Shown in pieces: positions 39,716 through 49,504 of a DNA stretch of 64,000 nt. Origin of the DNA: Candidatus Anstonellales archaeon (GTDB taxonomy: Archaea > Micrarchaeota > Micrarchaeia > Anstonellales > J096); contig JAWAFD010000002.1 in the NCBI GenBank assembly GCA_038890745.1, positions 248,782 through 312,781 on the forward strand, given 5' to 3'. A program made the translations under genes and the position numbers. Position 1 is the stretch's first letter. Each line of letters starts with the position of its first letter. The notes under the pieces are model-generated. The model worked only from the letters and a program-made list of their open reading frames with translations, did not search any database and was not told the DNA's origin.

Positions 39716-40052
39716 TATGGTGCTTGATAGCGAAATAGCAGAATATCAAAAAATGGAAAAGGAACTGCAGACAATACTTTTGCAGAAATACCAGATAGAG
39801 ATGCAACTGAATGAGATAGGCATGGCACTTGAAGAGATAGAAAAGGTTGATGAGAAAGCTGAGATATACCGGGCGATAGGAAGCATACTTATAAGGACAA
39901 CTGTTGAGAAAGCGCGCGATGACTTAAAAGGGAGGAAGGCGTTGTTAGAAACGCGTATGAAAACGCTTTCTCAACAGGAGGAAAAGCTCAGGGCTTCGCT
40001 TTCCCGTCTGACAAAAAAACTCCAGGAAGAGCTTAAGCATGAAGGCGGCTGA
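39702..40052 (+). CDS. pfdB: prefoldin beta subunit
   Basis: 116-aa coiled-coil; QKMEKELQTILLQKYQIEMQLNEIGMALEEIEKV pattern. Confidence 0.8.
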   Translation: MREDSMVLDSEIAEYQKMEKELQTILLQKYQIEMQLNEIGMALEEIEKVDEKAEIYRAIGSILIRTTVEKARDDLKGRKALLETRMKTLSQQEEKLRASLSRLTKKLQEELKHEGG

Positions 40053-40968
40053 AATTTTTTCTTCTTTTTATTCAAAATACAAAAACTCAAAATTAGTCAT
40101 TGCTACGCATGAGAATGCAGACATGGATGCGCTTGCTTCTGCATATGTTCTTAAGAAATATTTTCCCAATTCTCAGATTGCGGTTCCAAAAAAGATTGCC
40201 TATGATGCAGAGAATTTTGCAAAAAAATTCCACATAAGGTTTGAGTGGTTTGAAAAACTTAATCCAAAAAATTTTGATGGACTGATTGCTGTTGACACCT
40301 CTTCAAAGACCCTCCTCCCATCAGAAAAATGGAAGGTCCTACTCATAATAGACCACCATAAAGGAGAGCCGGATTTTAATTCCGAATACAAAATAATAGA
40401 TGAGAACGCCGGCGCAACCTCTCAGATTGTTGCAGAAATCCTTCCCACCATGGATGCAGAAACCTCTTTTGTTCTTGCCGCAGGGATTCTATCCGATACT
40501 GCTCGGTTCAAGCGCGGCGATTTGAGAATCTTTGAAACATTCACAAAACTTTTGAAGCAGAGCAAAAAAACCTATGATGAGGTGTATGAACTTGGCGAGC
40601 CAGAAAAGCCAAAGGATGCAAAAAAAGCAGTCCTTACCGCTCTTCAGCGTCTGGAGTTTTTGGAACTCGGCGGCTATATCGTTGCGCTCAGCCATGTTGG
40701 AACAAAGGAAAGCATTTCCGCCGCTCTTCTTTCAGAGATTGCAGACATTTCTTTTGTTGCAAGCTATAAGGAAGATGAAAAGATTGTGAGAATCTCAGCC
40801 CGCGCAAGGAATCATGTTAAGGTCAAGCTGAATGAAGTGATGAAGGAGGTCGGTGCAGCTATTGGTGGTGATGGCGGCGGGCATGAGAAGGCTGCGGGCG
40901 CGCAGGGAAAAGCAAGCGAACAGGAAGCTTTAAAGAAATGCGTTGAGATTTTAAGAAAACATATTTAA
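40039..40968 (+). CDS. DHH/DHHA1 family phosphoesterase (NrnA-like)
   Basis: HENADMDALASAYVL and IIDHHKGEP DHH motifs; C-terminal GGGHEKAAGA (DHHA1). Confidence 0.75.
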   Translation: MKAAEIFSSFYSKYKNSKLVIATHENADMDALASAYVLKKYFPNSQIAVPKKIAYDAENFAKKFHIRFEWFEKLNPKNFDGLIAVDTSSKTLLPSEKWKVLLIIDHHKGEPDFNSEYKIIDENAGATSQIVAEILPTMDAETSFVLAAGILSDTARFKRGDLRIFETFTKLLKQSKKTYDEVYELGEPEKPKDAKKAVLTALQRLEFLELGGYIVALSHVGTKESISAALLSEIADISFVASYKEDEKIVRISARARNHVKVKLNEVMKEVGAAIGGDGGGHEKAAGAQGKASEQEALKKCVEILRKHI

Positions 40969-41002
40969 ACATTTTTGTTCAAAAAATATGGGGTGAGCTC
41001 GT

Positions 41003-41395
41003 ATGGGGAGAAGGGTGGTCGGTTTTAGTATTTTAGTTTCGATGGTAGTTTTAGCAGGAAAATCAAAATCCCAGCAACAAAACTATGATTACATGCGAGA
41101 TTTCCAGAGAAGAAATGACTCTCTTTTCTTAGAGCAATATAGAAAAACCCAAGACAGTGCTATCGCAAATTGGAATTATTGGTGGTCTTACACTGACCCA
41201 ACAAAAACAGGAACAGGAACAACACAATCCCCTTGGGCTGCTTTTATCGATCCGGTAACTGGTCATAGAATATACGCCCCTGGTGGAGCAGTTAGGCCAA
41301 AACCTGTTTGGGACCCAAACCATGGTGTGGTAATATTTGTTCCGGAAACATTAAGAACCATTCAGGGTACTGTTCCGGACACAACGAATAAATAA
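41003..41395 (+). CDS. small secreted hypothetical protein
   Basis: 130 aa with a signal peptide; W/Y/T/G-rich. Confidence 0.4.
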   Translation: MGRRVVGFSILVSMVVLAGKSKSQQQNYDYMRDFQRRNDSLFLEQYRKTQDSAIANWNYWWSYTDPTKTGTGTTQSPWAAFIDPVTGHRIYAPGGAVRPKPVWDPNHGVVIFVPETLRTIQGTVPDTTNK

Positions 41396-41438
41396 TTCTC
41401 TTTTAAACCTTTCTTTTCAATTTCTTTCTGGTGTTTCT

Positions 41439-42425
41439 ATGAGAACAGTTCTAGTTGGTGGACAGTATGGAGATGAGGGAAAGGGAAAGATTACCGGCTA
41501 CATCGCCATGAAAGACAAGCCAAAGATAGTTGTTCGCGGCGGTGTTGGGCCGAACGCAGGCCATAAGGTTCTTTATAAAGGAAAGACATACGGAATGCGT
41601 CAGCTTCCATGCGGTTTTGTGTATGAAAAGGCAAAGGTAATGATAGGTGCTGGCGTGCTCGTCGACCCTGATGTTTTTCTTAAAGAGGTTGAGATGATAA
41701 ACGCAAAAAACAGGGCGTTTGTTGATTTCCGCTGCACGGTCATAGAGCAGAGACATAAGGATGAGGATGCAGGCGCAGTTGGCCAAAAAATAGGAACAAC
41801 AAAAACAGGTTGCGGGCCTGCTTGGAGCGAGAGGGTGAGAAGAACCGCAAAGCTCGCTCAGGACGAACCACGACTAAAACCGTTTTTGACTGATGTTGCG
41901 AAAGCGGTTAATAAGGAGAAAAATGTTTTAATAGAGGGGAGCCAAGGGTTTATGCTTTCTGTTCTTTACGGGACCTATCCTTATGTAACAAGCAAAGATA
42001 CCTCTGCTTCTTCCATTGCTGCCGATGTTGGGCTTGGCCCAAGGTCAATAGATAATGTGATAATGGTAATAAAATCCTACACAACTCGCGTAGGAAATGG
42101 TCCTCTGAAAAATGAGGTTAGTGTGCAGGAGGCGGAAAAGTTAGGAATGCAGGAATACGGAACAGTTACCGGCAGGCCCAGAAGAACCTCCCTTGACCTA
42201 CACTGGGAGGATTTGAGAATGGCTGCGGAGATAAACTCAGCAACATATTTGGCGGTTACAAAGGTCGATGTAAGATTTCCTGGAAATCAGGGGGTTAGAA
42301 AATATTCCCAGCTCACAAAAGAGGCCAGAAAATTCATAGAGAATATAGAGAAAAAAGTTGGCGTTCCGGTTGGGTTGATAGGAACAGGGCCTGATGTTTT
42401 TGATGTGATAGATAGAAGGGAATAA
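41439..42425 (+). CDS. purA: adenylosuccinate synthetase (short archaeal form)
   Basis: GGQYGDEGKGKI P-loop, GPNAGHKV, GTTKTGCGPA. Confidence 0.9.
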   Translation: MRTVLVGGQYGDEGKGKITGYIAMKDKPKIVVRGGVGPNAGHKVLYKGKTYGMRQLPCGFVYEKAKVMIGAGVLVDPDVFLKEVEMINAKNRAFVDFRCTVIEQRHKDEDAGAVGQKIGTTKTGCGPAWSERVRRTAKLAQDEPRLKPFLTDVAKAVNKEKNVLIEGSQGFMLSVLYGTYPYVTSKDTSASSIAADVGLGPRSIDNVIMVIKSYTTRVGNGPLKNEVSVQEAEKLGMQEYGTVTGRPRRTSLDLHWEDLRMAAEINSATYLAVTKVDVRFPGNQGVRKYSQLTKEARKFIENIEKKVGVPVGLIGTGPDVFDVIDRRE

Positions 42426-42447
42426 AACAAAAAAGAAAAAATTGTTT

Positions 42448-43203
42448 TTAGTTCTTTTTAACCGAAATAGCTATTGGAAAAACTACATTGCCCTTAGATG
42501 TTTTAACGACAGTGGTTTTTTCCGGAACTGGTTTTATGAGTTTTGGCGGAAATGCGTCATAGGGAAATATTCCAAGCACTGCATATCCTTCATCTCTGTT
42601 TGTTTCGTAGTTGTGTGCGTATATATACCCAAAACCCGGAACAGATACCTTGTTGGTATCACCTTCCATAATCTGTTCTTTTATCGGCTGTCCACCATTC
42701 AATTCGCAGTTAAGGTTAGCATCGCAGAAGGCAACGATCACCATATCTGGAAAGTACTCTGAAAAATCATCCAGAACCATTCCAATACCCCTGTCTTCTT
42801 CTGTGGTTACAAGAAAATCGTTCTTGTGCATAGTAACCGGTATCGGAGTAGACATGTTGGTTACATTCCAGCAATATGTTATTTTGAATGACTTTTTCTT
42901 AGCTGAGGATAGCGGATTTAATTCAATGATGAGCATGTCCGCTGTTTCTGTGGTGAAGAATACCTTGTTACCCGGTATTGTATTCATATATAATTTTGCT
43001 TTTACATAACCAGGCTCTGATTCTTGCCAAAGTTTGAAAACAGCGGCTTTTCCATACCCATCCTCTATATTATACTGGTATATACCTGTAAACGGTCCCA
43101 TCGAGAAGAGATCACCGTAGCCCAATGCAGTCATCTGGCTAGTACACTCGCTAAACAACATTCCAACAACCAATAGAACCCCAAATATAGTTTTAGTTTT
43201 CAT
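42448..43203 (-). CDS. secreted hypothetical protein
   Basis: 251 aa; signal peptide MKTKTIFGVLLVVGMLFSEC. Confidence 0.5.
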   Translation of the reverse strand: MKTKTIFGVLLVVGMLFSECTSQMTALGYGDLFSMGPFTGIYQYNIEDGYGKAAVFKLWQESEPGYVKAKLYMNTIPGNKVFFTTETADMLIIELNPLSSAKKKSFKITYCWNVTNMSTPIPVTMHKNDFLVTTEEDRGIGMVLDDFSEYFPDMVIVAFCDANLNCELNGGQPIKEQIMEGDTNKVSVPGFGYIYAHNYETNRDEGYAVLGIFPYDAFPPKLIKPVPEKTTVVKTSKGNVVFPIAISVKKN

Positions 43204-43227
43204 GTGTTTTATTGTGTACCTAAATGT

Positions 43228-43956
43228 TTAAAAACCCCCTCTTTTTACCCATCCCAAAACTTTTTCCACATTCCTTTTTACTCCATGTTTTTCATAATAA
43301 TTTACTATGTTTCTTACATCCCTTTCCAGCAACTCCTCAAATAGAGGATGTCCCTTTACAACCCCCTCGCTGAAATCTATTAGATAAGGAACATCCCCAA
43401 GAAGAACGTTATACTCGCTTATGTCCCCATGCACAAACCCAACCTTGTACATTTTTTTAATATCATCCAAAATACTCTCCAGATCTTCTTCCCTTATTAT
43501 TTTCGTATCTTTTAATTTTGGATACGGTAATCCTTCCTCACCAAGAAAGCTCATCACAACAACATTGTTCTCAACATAATATGGCTTTGGCGCATGCACC
43601 CCAGCTTTCTCAGCGATCTCTAAGTTTTTAAACTCCTTTCTGGCAAATGCATACGTGATGCTCCTTTCGTCCCATCTTATATTTCTAAAACGCGAATCCC
43701 CTTTCAAATATCTGTCCCTTCTTTCAAATCCAGTTGTTTCTATTTTGTATATCTTTACAGCAAGGTTTTCGCTCCCTCTCGTTGCCCTGTAAACATTCGC
43801 CTCCTTTCCAGTTGAAACGCAGTAATCCAAACTATCGATAATTCCCTTTTTTATTATCTTCGCAACCGTCAGCAGGGTTTTTTTATCAAACACCCCTTCC
43901 TCTATCCCCCACCGCTCTTTCAGCTGCTTCTTTTCTTTTAGAGGTCTTTTGGCCAT
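43228..43956 (-). CDS. rio1: RIO-type serine/threonine protein kinase (Rio1-like)
   Basis: STGKEANVYRA..LAVKIYK, LVHGDISEYNVL. Confidence 0.85.
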   Translation of the reverse strand: MAKRPLKEKKQLKERWGIEEGVFDKKTLLTVAKIIKKGIIDSLDYCVSTGKEANVYRATRGSENLAVKIYKIETTGFERRDRYLKGDSRFRNIRWDERSITYAFARKEFKNLEIAEKAGVHAPKPYYVENNVVVMSFLGEEGLPYPKLKDTKIIREEDLESILDDIKKMYKVGFVHGDISEYNVLLGDVPYLIDFSEGVVKGHPLFEELLERDVRNIVNYYEKHGVKRNVEKVLGWVKRGGF

Positions 43957-43969
43957 GTACAGAAAAAAT

Positions 43970-44356
43970 TCAGAAGTTTATATAACCCTTTTCTTTCAGC
44001 CACTTTCCCTCGATCGGTTTGTATCTCCAAACAATATCCCCTTTTGTATCCCCTTCTATCTCCCAGGGTTCAACCAAAACAACATCCCCTTCTTTTACCC
44101 ATATCTCTTTTTTTAACCTTCCGGGCACCCTGCACACCCTCTCCTTTCCATCTGCGCATATGCACATCATCCTTGCTCCACCCAAAGCAGAAACAACAAC
44201 ACCAAAAATTTCCTTCCCCTTTGGAAATCTTATCCTGCTTTCAATCGGGATGGGTTTTCCTTCTGCATCCACCAGCTCTTCACTTTCCTCTGGTTTTTCA
44301 TGCCCCTTTCCCATCTTTCTTTCACTCATGCTCTCACCGGCCTCCTCGCTCCGCAC
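43970..44356 (-). CDS. eif1a: translation initiation factor aIF1A
   Basis: EIFGVVVSALGGARMMCICADGKERVCRVPGRLKKEIWVKEGDVVLVEPW S1-like core. The N-terminal 10-15 residues may be an over-extension. Confidence 0.85.
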   Translation of the reverse strand: MRSEEAGESMSERKMGKGHEKPEESEELVDAEGKPIPIESRIRFPKGKEIFGVVVSALGGARMMCICADGKERVCRVPGRLKKEIWVKEGDVVLVEPWEIEGDTKGDIVWRYKPIEGKWLKEKGYINF

Positions 44357-44730
44357 GCCTCACATATAAGCGTTTTAACTCCCATGATAGTTTCGATGTG
44401 CGTATCTGGTTTTCCGCACTCTTTGCACATCACAAATTCCTTTATAAAAACATCAACCTTTGACTGAATAAGGTCGTTCAAGACCTTCCTTTGTACTATC
44501 AACCTATCACCGCTCATCTCCACCGGTGCTGCGAGCTCCCTGCTCAGATATTTTGAAAGCATTGCTGGTTCCCTTCTTATCACATCGCATATCTGCCTAA
44601 AATTTTTCACTATTGTTTTATTCCCCTCAGTAAAACTTGCAACCTTTGGGATCTCCAGCCTCTCACCACTACCCTTTTTTTCTGGCAGCTTTGCATAAGC
44701 CTCCTCAAGCATTTTTTCGTATTCGTCCAT
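44326..44730 (-). CDS. eif2b: translation initiation factor aIF2 beta subunit
   Basis: MDEYEKMLEEAYAKLPEK.. and C-terminal zinc ribbon CKECGKPDT..CEACGA. Confidence 0.9.
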   Translation of the reverse strand: MDEYEKMLEEAYAKLPEKKGSGERLEIPKVASFTEGNKTIVKNFRQICDVIRREPAMLSKYLSRELAAPVEMSGDRLIVQRKVLNDLIQSKVDVFIKEFVMCKECGKPDTHIETIMGVKTLICEACGARRPVRA

Positions 44731-44781
44731 CCTATCTCCTTTTACTCTTCGGTATTTAGAAGAAAACATTTAAAAATGCAA

Positions 44782-46065
44782 TTAGGTTCCTTCCCTCCAG
44801 CTCGCAAGGTATTTCTTCTGCTCTTCACTAAGTTCGTCCTTTTCCACTCTCATCGCTCTGAGCTGGAGCTTAGCAATTTCATCATCAATCTCTTCAGGCA
44901 GTTTTATAACTTTTGGCGGAAGCTTCCCTTTATTTTTCACCAAGTACTCCACAGCCAATGCTTGGCCGGCAAAACTTGTAGCCATTACTTCGGAAGGATG
45001 GCCTTCTGCAGCAGCCAGATTAATCAACCTTCCCTCCCCAAGCACATACACCCTTTTTCCATCAATGATATATTCATCCATGAAAGGCCTTACCCTTCTC
45101 ACGCTTTTAGCCGCTTTTTTCAGCCCGGCAACATCAATCTCAACATCAAAATGTCCTGCGTTTGCGAGCACAGCCCCATCCTTCATCCTCCTTGCATGCT
45201 CTACGGTAACAACGTGTTTGTTGCCAGTCACCGTGATAAAAATATCTCCTTCTTTTGCCGCCTCCATCATTGGCATCACCCTGTACCCATCAAGCTTTGC
45301 CTGCAATGCTCTGAACGCATCCACTTCTGTAACTATTACATTTGCCCCAAGCCCTTTTGCTTTCAGCGCTACTCCCTTTCCGCAATCGCCGTATCCCGCA
45401 ACAACAACGTTTTTTCCGGCGAATAAAATATTCGTTGCGCGCATTATCCCATCCAATGTTGACTGGCCGGTTCCGTAATAATTGTCCAACAAATGTTTTG
45501 TTTTATTATCGTTCACTGCAACAACCGGAAATTTCAGCACCCCTTCCCTTTCCATCGCCTTTACCCTTATTATTCCTGTTGTGGTTTCCTCGCACCCACC
45601 GATAATTTTTGGAAGCATCTCCTTTCTTTTTGTGTGCAATTCAGTAATCAAATCAAGCCCATCATCTATCACGATGTTCGGATGGTGCGAGAGCACAGCC
45701 TCCAGATACCTATAATAATCCTCCCTACTCTCCCCTTTGTACGCATAAACATTCACTCCCTCTTTTGCAAGCTGTGCCGCAACGTCATCCTGTGTACTCA
45801 AAGGATTGCAGCTCGTTATGGCAACCTTCGCCCCACCTGCGATGAGCGTTCTTACAAGCACAGCCGTTTCCTTTGTAACGTGGAGGGCCATTCCAACAGT
45901 TATTCCTTTCAACGGCTTCTCTTTCTCAAACCTTTTCCTTATCTCCATCAATGGGCCCATTCTCATCTCCGCTAGCTCAATGTTTTTCTTCCCCTGCTCA
46001 GCAAGCCCCAGATCCCTAACCTCATAATTTTTTCCTTTTTCCATGCTATCTTCTCTATTGTTCAT
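44782..46065 (-). CDS. ahcY: S-adenosyl-L-homocysteine hydrolase
   Basis: ETTTGIIR, NAD-binding GYGDCGKG, KLDGY. Confidence 0.95.
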   Translation of the reverse strand: MNNREDSMEKGKNYEVRDLGLAEQGKKNIELAEMRMGPLMEIRKRFEKEKPLKGITVGMALHVTKETAVLVRTLIAGGAKVAITSCNPLSTQDDVAAQLAKEGVNVYAYKGESREDYYRYLEAVLSHHPNIVIDDGLDLITELHTKRKEMLPKIIGGCEETTTGIIRVKAMEREGVLKFPVVAVNDNKTKHLLDNYYGTGQSTLDGIMRATNILFAGKNVVVAGYGDCGKGVALKAKGLGANVIVTEVDAFRALQAKLDGYRVMPMMEAAKEGDIFITVTGNKHVVTVEHARRMKDGAVLANAGHFDVEIDVAGLKKAAKSVRRVRPFMDEYIIDGKRVYVLGEGRLINLAAAEGHPSEVMATSFAGQALAVEYLVKNKGKLPPKVIKLPEEIDDEIAKLQLRAMRVEKDELSEEQKKYLASWREGT

Positions 46066-46975
46066 ATTTTAAAACTTTCCCAATTTTCGCACAGTAGTAT
46101 TTACAGCTCTCTGCCCCAAGCATGTTCCCAATTTTCAACCATTTTTTCTCTTCCGTTTCGTTTAGCATGGCATACGCGACGCCAGAATTAAAATAATCCC
46201 CTGCTCCTGTGGAATCCTTCACCCTCACCCTTAATGCCTTCTCTTTGTAAAACTTCCCATTTATAATCCCCATGCTTCCCCTTTCCCCTAATTTTATGAA
46301 CAACTGCTTCCCATTTTTTCTCGCCCAGTTTTTTGCTTTCTCAAAACTCCCAAACAGCGCAGGAATCTCGCTTTCATTTCCAGAAACCGCAATGCAGTTT
46401 TTATTTTTTGCAATTGCGATATGCAGGTGTTTATACTTTTTTATTATGCCTGCATTTTCCAAACCAAAAAAATATTTGTTCTTTTTCGTAAGTTCAAGTA
46501 TCTCTTCACTTATGCTCCCATATTCCGCGATTGCGTATGTTGAGAAATACATAAGTTTATTTCTGAATTTTGCACCGGTTTTTTCTCCAGAAACCCCTTT
46601 AAAAGAAACATAGCTTTGTTTTCCTTTTTCAAGAAGGCTCAAAACCTTCCCGGTCCTACCTTTTACTTCTCGTAATTTTGCTTTAACCCTGCATTTTTTC
46701 AAATGTTCTTCTATCGTCTTTCCCTCCCAATCTTTTCCAATTGTCCCGTACAACTCAACCTTTCCACCCAATTTCGCAAACCCCTCAGCAAAATTCTTCT
46801 CATTCCCTCCGGGATATCTGCACAAAATTCTATTTTTTACTTTTGCAAGAATTTCCTCAAACCTTTTCCCATCCACAAAGATACATTCTTCGAGCTCTAT
46901 CCCCAAGTCTTTTCTTATTTTTCCATCTCCAGCGCTTATGTCCAGCATGGGTGGGCCTATGGCTACTATATCCAT
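46055..46975 (-). CDS. PfkB-family carbohydrate/nucleoside kinase
   Basis: N-terminal GPPMLDIS and C-terminal TGAGDYFNSGVAYAM motif. Confidence 0.8.
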   Translation of the reverse strand: MDIVAIGPPMLDISAGDGKIRKDLGIELEECIFVDGKRFEEILAKVKNRILCRYPGGNEKNFAEGFAKLGGKVELYGTIGKDWEGKTIEEHLKKCRVKAKLREVKGRTGKVLSLLEKGKQSYVSFKGVSGEKTGAKFRNKLMYFSTYAIAEYGSISEEILELTKKNKYFFGLENAGIIKKYKHLHIAIAKNKNCIAVSGNESEIPALFGSFEKAKNWARKNGKQLFIKLGERGSMGIINGKFYKEKALRVRVKDSTGAGDYFNSGVAYAMLNETEEKKWLKIGNMLGAESCKYYCAKIGKVLKYEQ

Positions 46976-47162
46976 ACAGAAAGCTGAGATAAAAACATAT
47001 AAATACTTTTCCTATAAAAACACAACCGTTTTGTCCGGCGATGGCGAATACCACACCCCGAATGGCTCATGTATATCAGACAGCAATTTTTCAGCGAGTT
47101 TGCAGTAAACTTAATAAATATAAACCTTTTCTTTCAACTCAATCTGTCTATTTGGTGGTATT

Positions 47163-49499
47163 ATGGAATATGTAAAATGGTTTGAGGAGTTGAGAAAAAC
47201 CCATATAGGAATAGCTGGCGGAAAGGGAGCAAACTTGGGGGAGATGACAAGCGCTGGGTTTCCCATCCCACCCGGTTTTGTTGTTACTTCAAATGCATAT
47301 TTTAAACATCTTGAGTACAATCAACTGACCAATCTTATTAAGGATATTTTAGTTGATTTGGATGTTAACGATACGAAAATGCTGGAGTCTGCTTCCCAGA
47401 GAATTAAGGAGCTCATCATGAGCGGGGAAGTTCCTCCAGATGTAAGGAAGGAGATAGTAGAGGCGTACAAAGAATTGTGTAAGAGGGAAGGAAAACCGAC
47501 CTATGTTGCGGTGCGTAGCTCAGCAACCGCTGAGGATCTGCCAGAAGCAAGCTTTGCAGGACAGCAGAAAACCCTCCTCAATGTAATCGGAGAAGGCGAT
47601 GTTGTTGAGGCGGTGAAAGAGGACTGGGCATCCCTTTTTGAGCCGAGAGCGATATTTTACAGAGCCCAGAAAGGTTTTGATCATATGAGGGTTGGGTTGG
47701 CTGCTGTCGTACAGAAAATGGTTGAGAGTACAGCCTCAGGTGTAATGTTTACAGTGGACCCGATAAGCGAGGACGAGAGTATTCTAACAATAGAGGCAGG
47801 GTACGGATTGGGCGAATACATTGTTTCCGGTACAATCACGCCGGATACATACAGAGTAAACAAAAATACTCTTGAAATAATCAGCAAGGATATAAGCACG
47901 CAAACCAAGAAATTAATCCGCGTTGGAGACAAAAATGAGTCTGTACCCGTAGAAAAGGATAAACAAAAAAGCCAAAAGATAACAGATGAACAAATAAAAA
48001 CAATAGCGAAGTACGGTATTCAAGTGGAGAAATATTATGATTTTCCGCAAGATATTGAGTGGGCAATGGAGGGTGATAAATTCTACATTACACAGGCAAG
48101 GCCCATCACAACGCTTAAAGGAAAAGGAAAGGAAAAGAAAAAAGAGAAAAAAGAAGAGAAAAAGGAAATCGGCGAAGCGAAGATGATAGTTAAGGGCCTT
48201 CCTGCTTCTCCCGGAGTAGGGATGGGTGTTGCGAAGATCCTTAAGGATGCCAGCGAAATAGGAAAGATTGAGAGCGGCGATGTTCTTGTTGCAAAAATGA
48301 CAACACCAGACTTCGTTCCTGCCATGAAAAAAGCAAGCGCAATAGTTACGGATGAGGGCGGGATGACCTCCCATGCAGCCATAGTGAGCAGAGAATTGGG
48401 AATTCCGTGCATAGTTGGCACAGGAAACGCAACCCAGGTGATACAAGATGGTATGGAGATAACAGTAGATGGAAGCGGTGGGATTGTTTACTCTGGAAAG
48501 GTTGCCGTGGCTGTTCCGACAGAAGAAAAACCATCGCTACTTTCCGGAGTTGCCCCGGTGATTACGGCAACAAAGATATATGTTAACCTGGCAGAGCCAG
48601 ACCTTGCAGATAAAATTGCCAAGCTTCCTGTGGATGGAGTTGGTTTGCTTAGAGCAGAGTTTATGATCGCAGGGATAGGAGAGCATCCTAAAAAAATGCT
48701 TGAGGAGGGAAGGGAGCAGGAGTTTATAGATAAACTGGCTGAGGGAATGAGAAAATTTGCTGCAGCATTCTATCCAAGGCCTGTTGTGTACCGGGCCACG
48801 GATTTCAAAACCAATGAGTACAAAAACTTGAAGGGCGGGGAGAAATACGAACCAGAAGAAGCAAACCCAATGATGGGCTACAGGGGGGCAGTCAGGTATA
48901 TAAAGGAACCTGAACTCTTCAAGATGGAACTTAAAGCAATGAAAAAGGTAAGGGATGAGTTTGGTTTGAAAAACCTTTGGCTCATGATACCATTTGTAAG
49001 AAGAATAGGTGAGATCAGGGCAATAAAGGAGATACTAAGGGAGGTTGGGATTTACAGAACAAGGGACTTCAAGCTATGGATAATGGTTGAGGTACCGAGC
49101 ACCGTTTTCCTTATAGATAAGTTTGCAGAGGAAGGGATAGATGGGGTAAGCATAGGTACAAACGATCTTACTCAGCTTATTCTTGGAATAGACCGGGACA
49201 ACGCAACACTTGGAAGGGAGTTTGATGAAAGGAACGATGCGGTGCTGAGAGCATTGAAGCATGTCATAAAAACCTGCAATAAATACAAGATTACGGTTTC
49301 TCTCTGCGGGCAGGCGCCTAGTGTATACCCAGAATTCGCAGAAAAGCTTGTGGAGTTTGGTATAACCAGTATAAGCGTAAACCCTGATGCGGTTGAGAGA
49401 ACAAGAAACATTGTTGCTTCTGCTGAGAAAAAAATAATGCTCAAAAAACTTTCAGAACTATCAGAGCATCTTGCTAAACAAAGAGAGAATGGATACTGA
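47163..49499 (+). CDS. ppsA: phosphoenolpyruvate synthase (pyruvate, water dikinase)
   Basis: GGKGANLGEM, GGMTSHAAIVSRELGIPCIVG phospho-His domain, C-terminal PEP-utilising domain. Confidence 0.95.
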   Translation: MEYVKWFEELRKTHIGIAGGKGANLGEMTSAGFPIPPGFVVTSNAYFKHLEYNQLTNLIKDILVDLDVNDTKMLESASQRIKELIMSGEVPPDVRKEIVEAYKELCKREGKPTYVAVRSSATAEDLPEASFAGQQKTLLNVIGEGDVVEAVKEDWASLFEPRAIFYRAQKGFDHMRVGLAAVVQKMVESTASGVMFTVDPISEDESILTIEAGYGLGEYIVSGTITPDTYRVNKNTLEIISKDISTQTKKLIRVGDKNESVPVEKDKQKSQKITDEQIKTIAKYGIQVEKYYDFPQDIEWAMEGDKFYITQARPITTLKGKGKEKKKEKKEEKKEIGEAKMIVKGLPASPGVGMGVAKILKDASEIGKIESGDVLVAKMTTPDFVPAMKKASAIVTDEGGMTSHAAIVSRELGIPCIVGTGNATQVIQDGMEITVDGSGGIVYSGKVAVAVPTEEKPSLLSGVAPVITATKIYVNLAEPDLADKIAKLPVDGVGLLRAEFMIAGIGEHPKKMLEEGREQEFIDKLAEGMRKFAAAFYPRPVVYRATDFKTNEYKNLKGGEKYEPEEANPMMGYRGAVRYIKEPELFKMELKAMKKVRDEFGLKNLWLMIPFVRRIGEIRAIKEILREVGIYRTRDFKLWIMVEVPSTVFLIDKFAEEGIDGVSIGTNDLTQLILGIDRDNATLGREFDERNDAVLRALKHVIKTCNKYKITVSLCGQAPSVYPEFAEKLVEFGITSISVNPDAVERTRNIVASAEKKIMLKKLSELSEHLAKQRENGY

Positions 49500-49504
49500 T
49501 TTTT

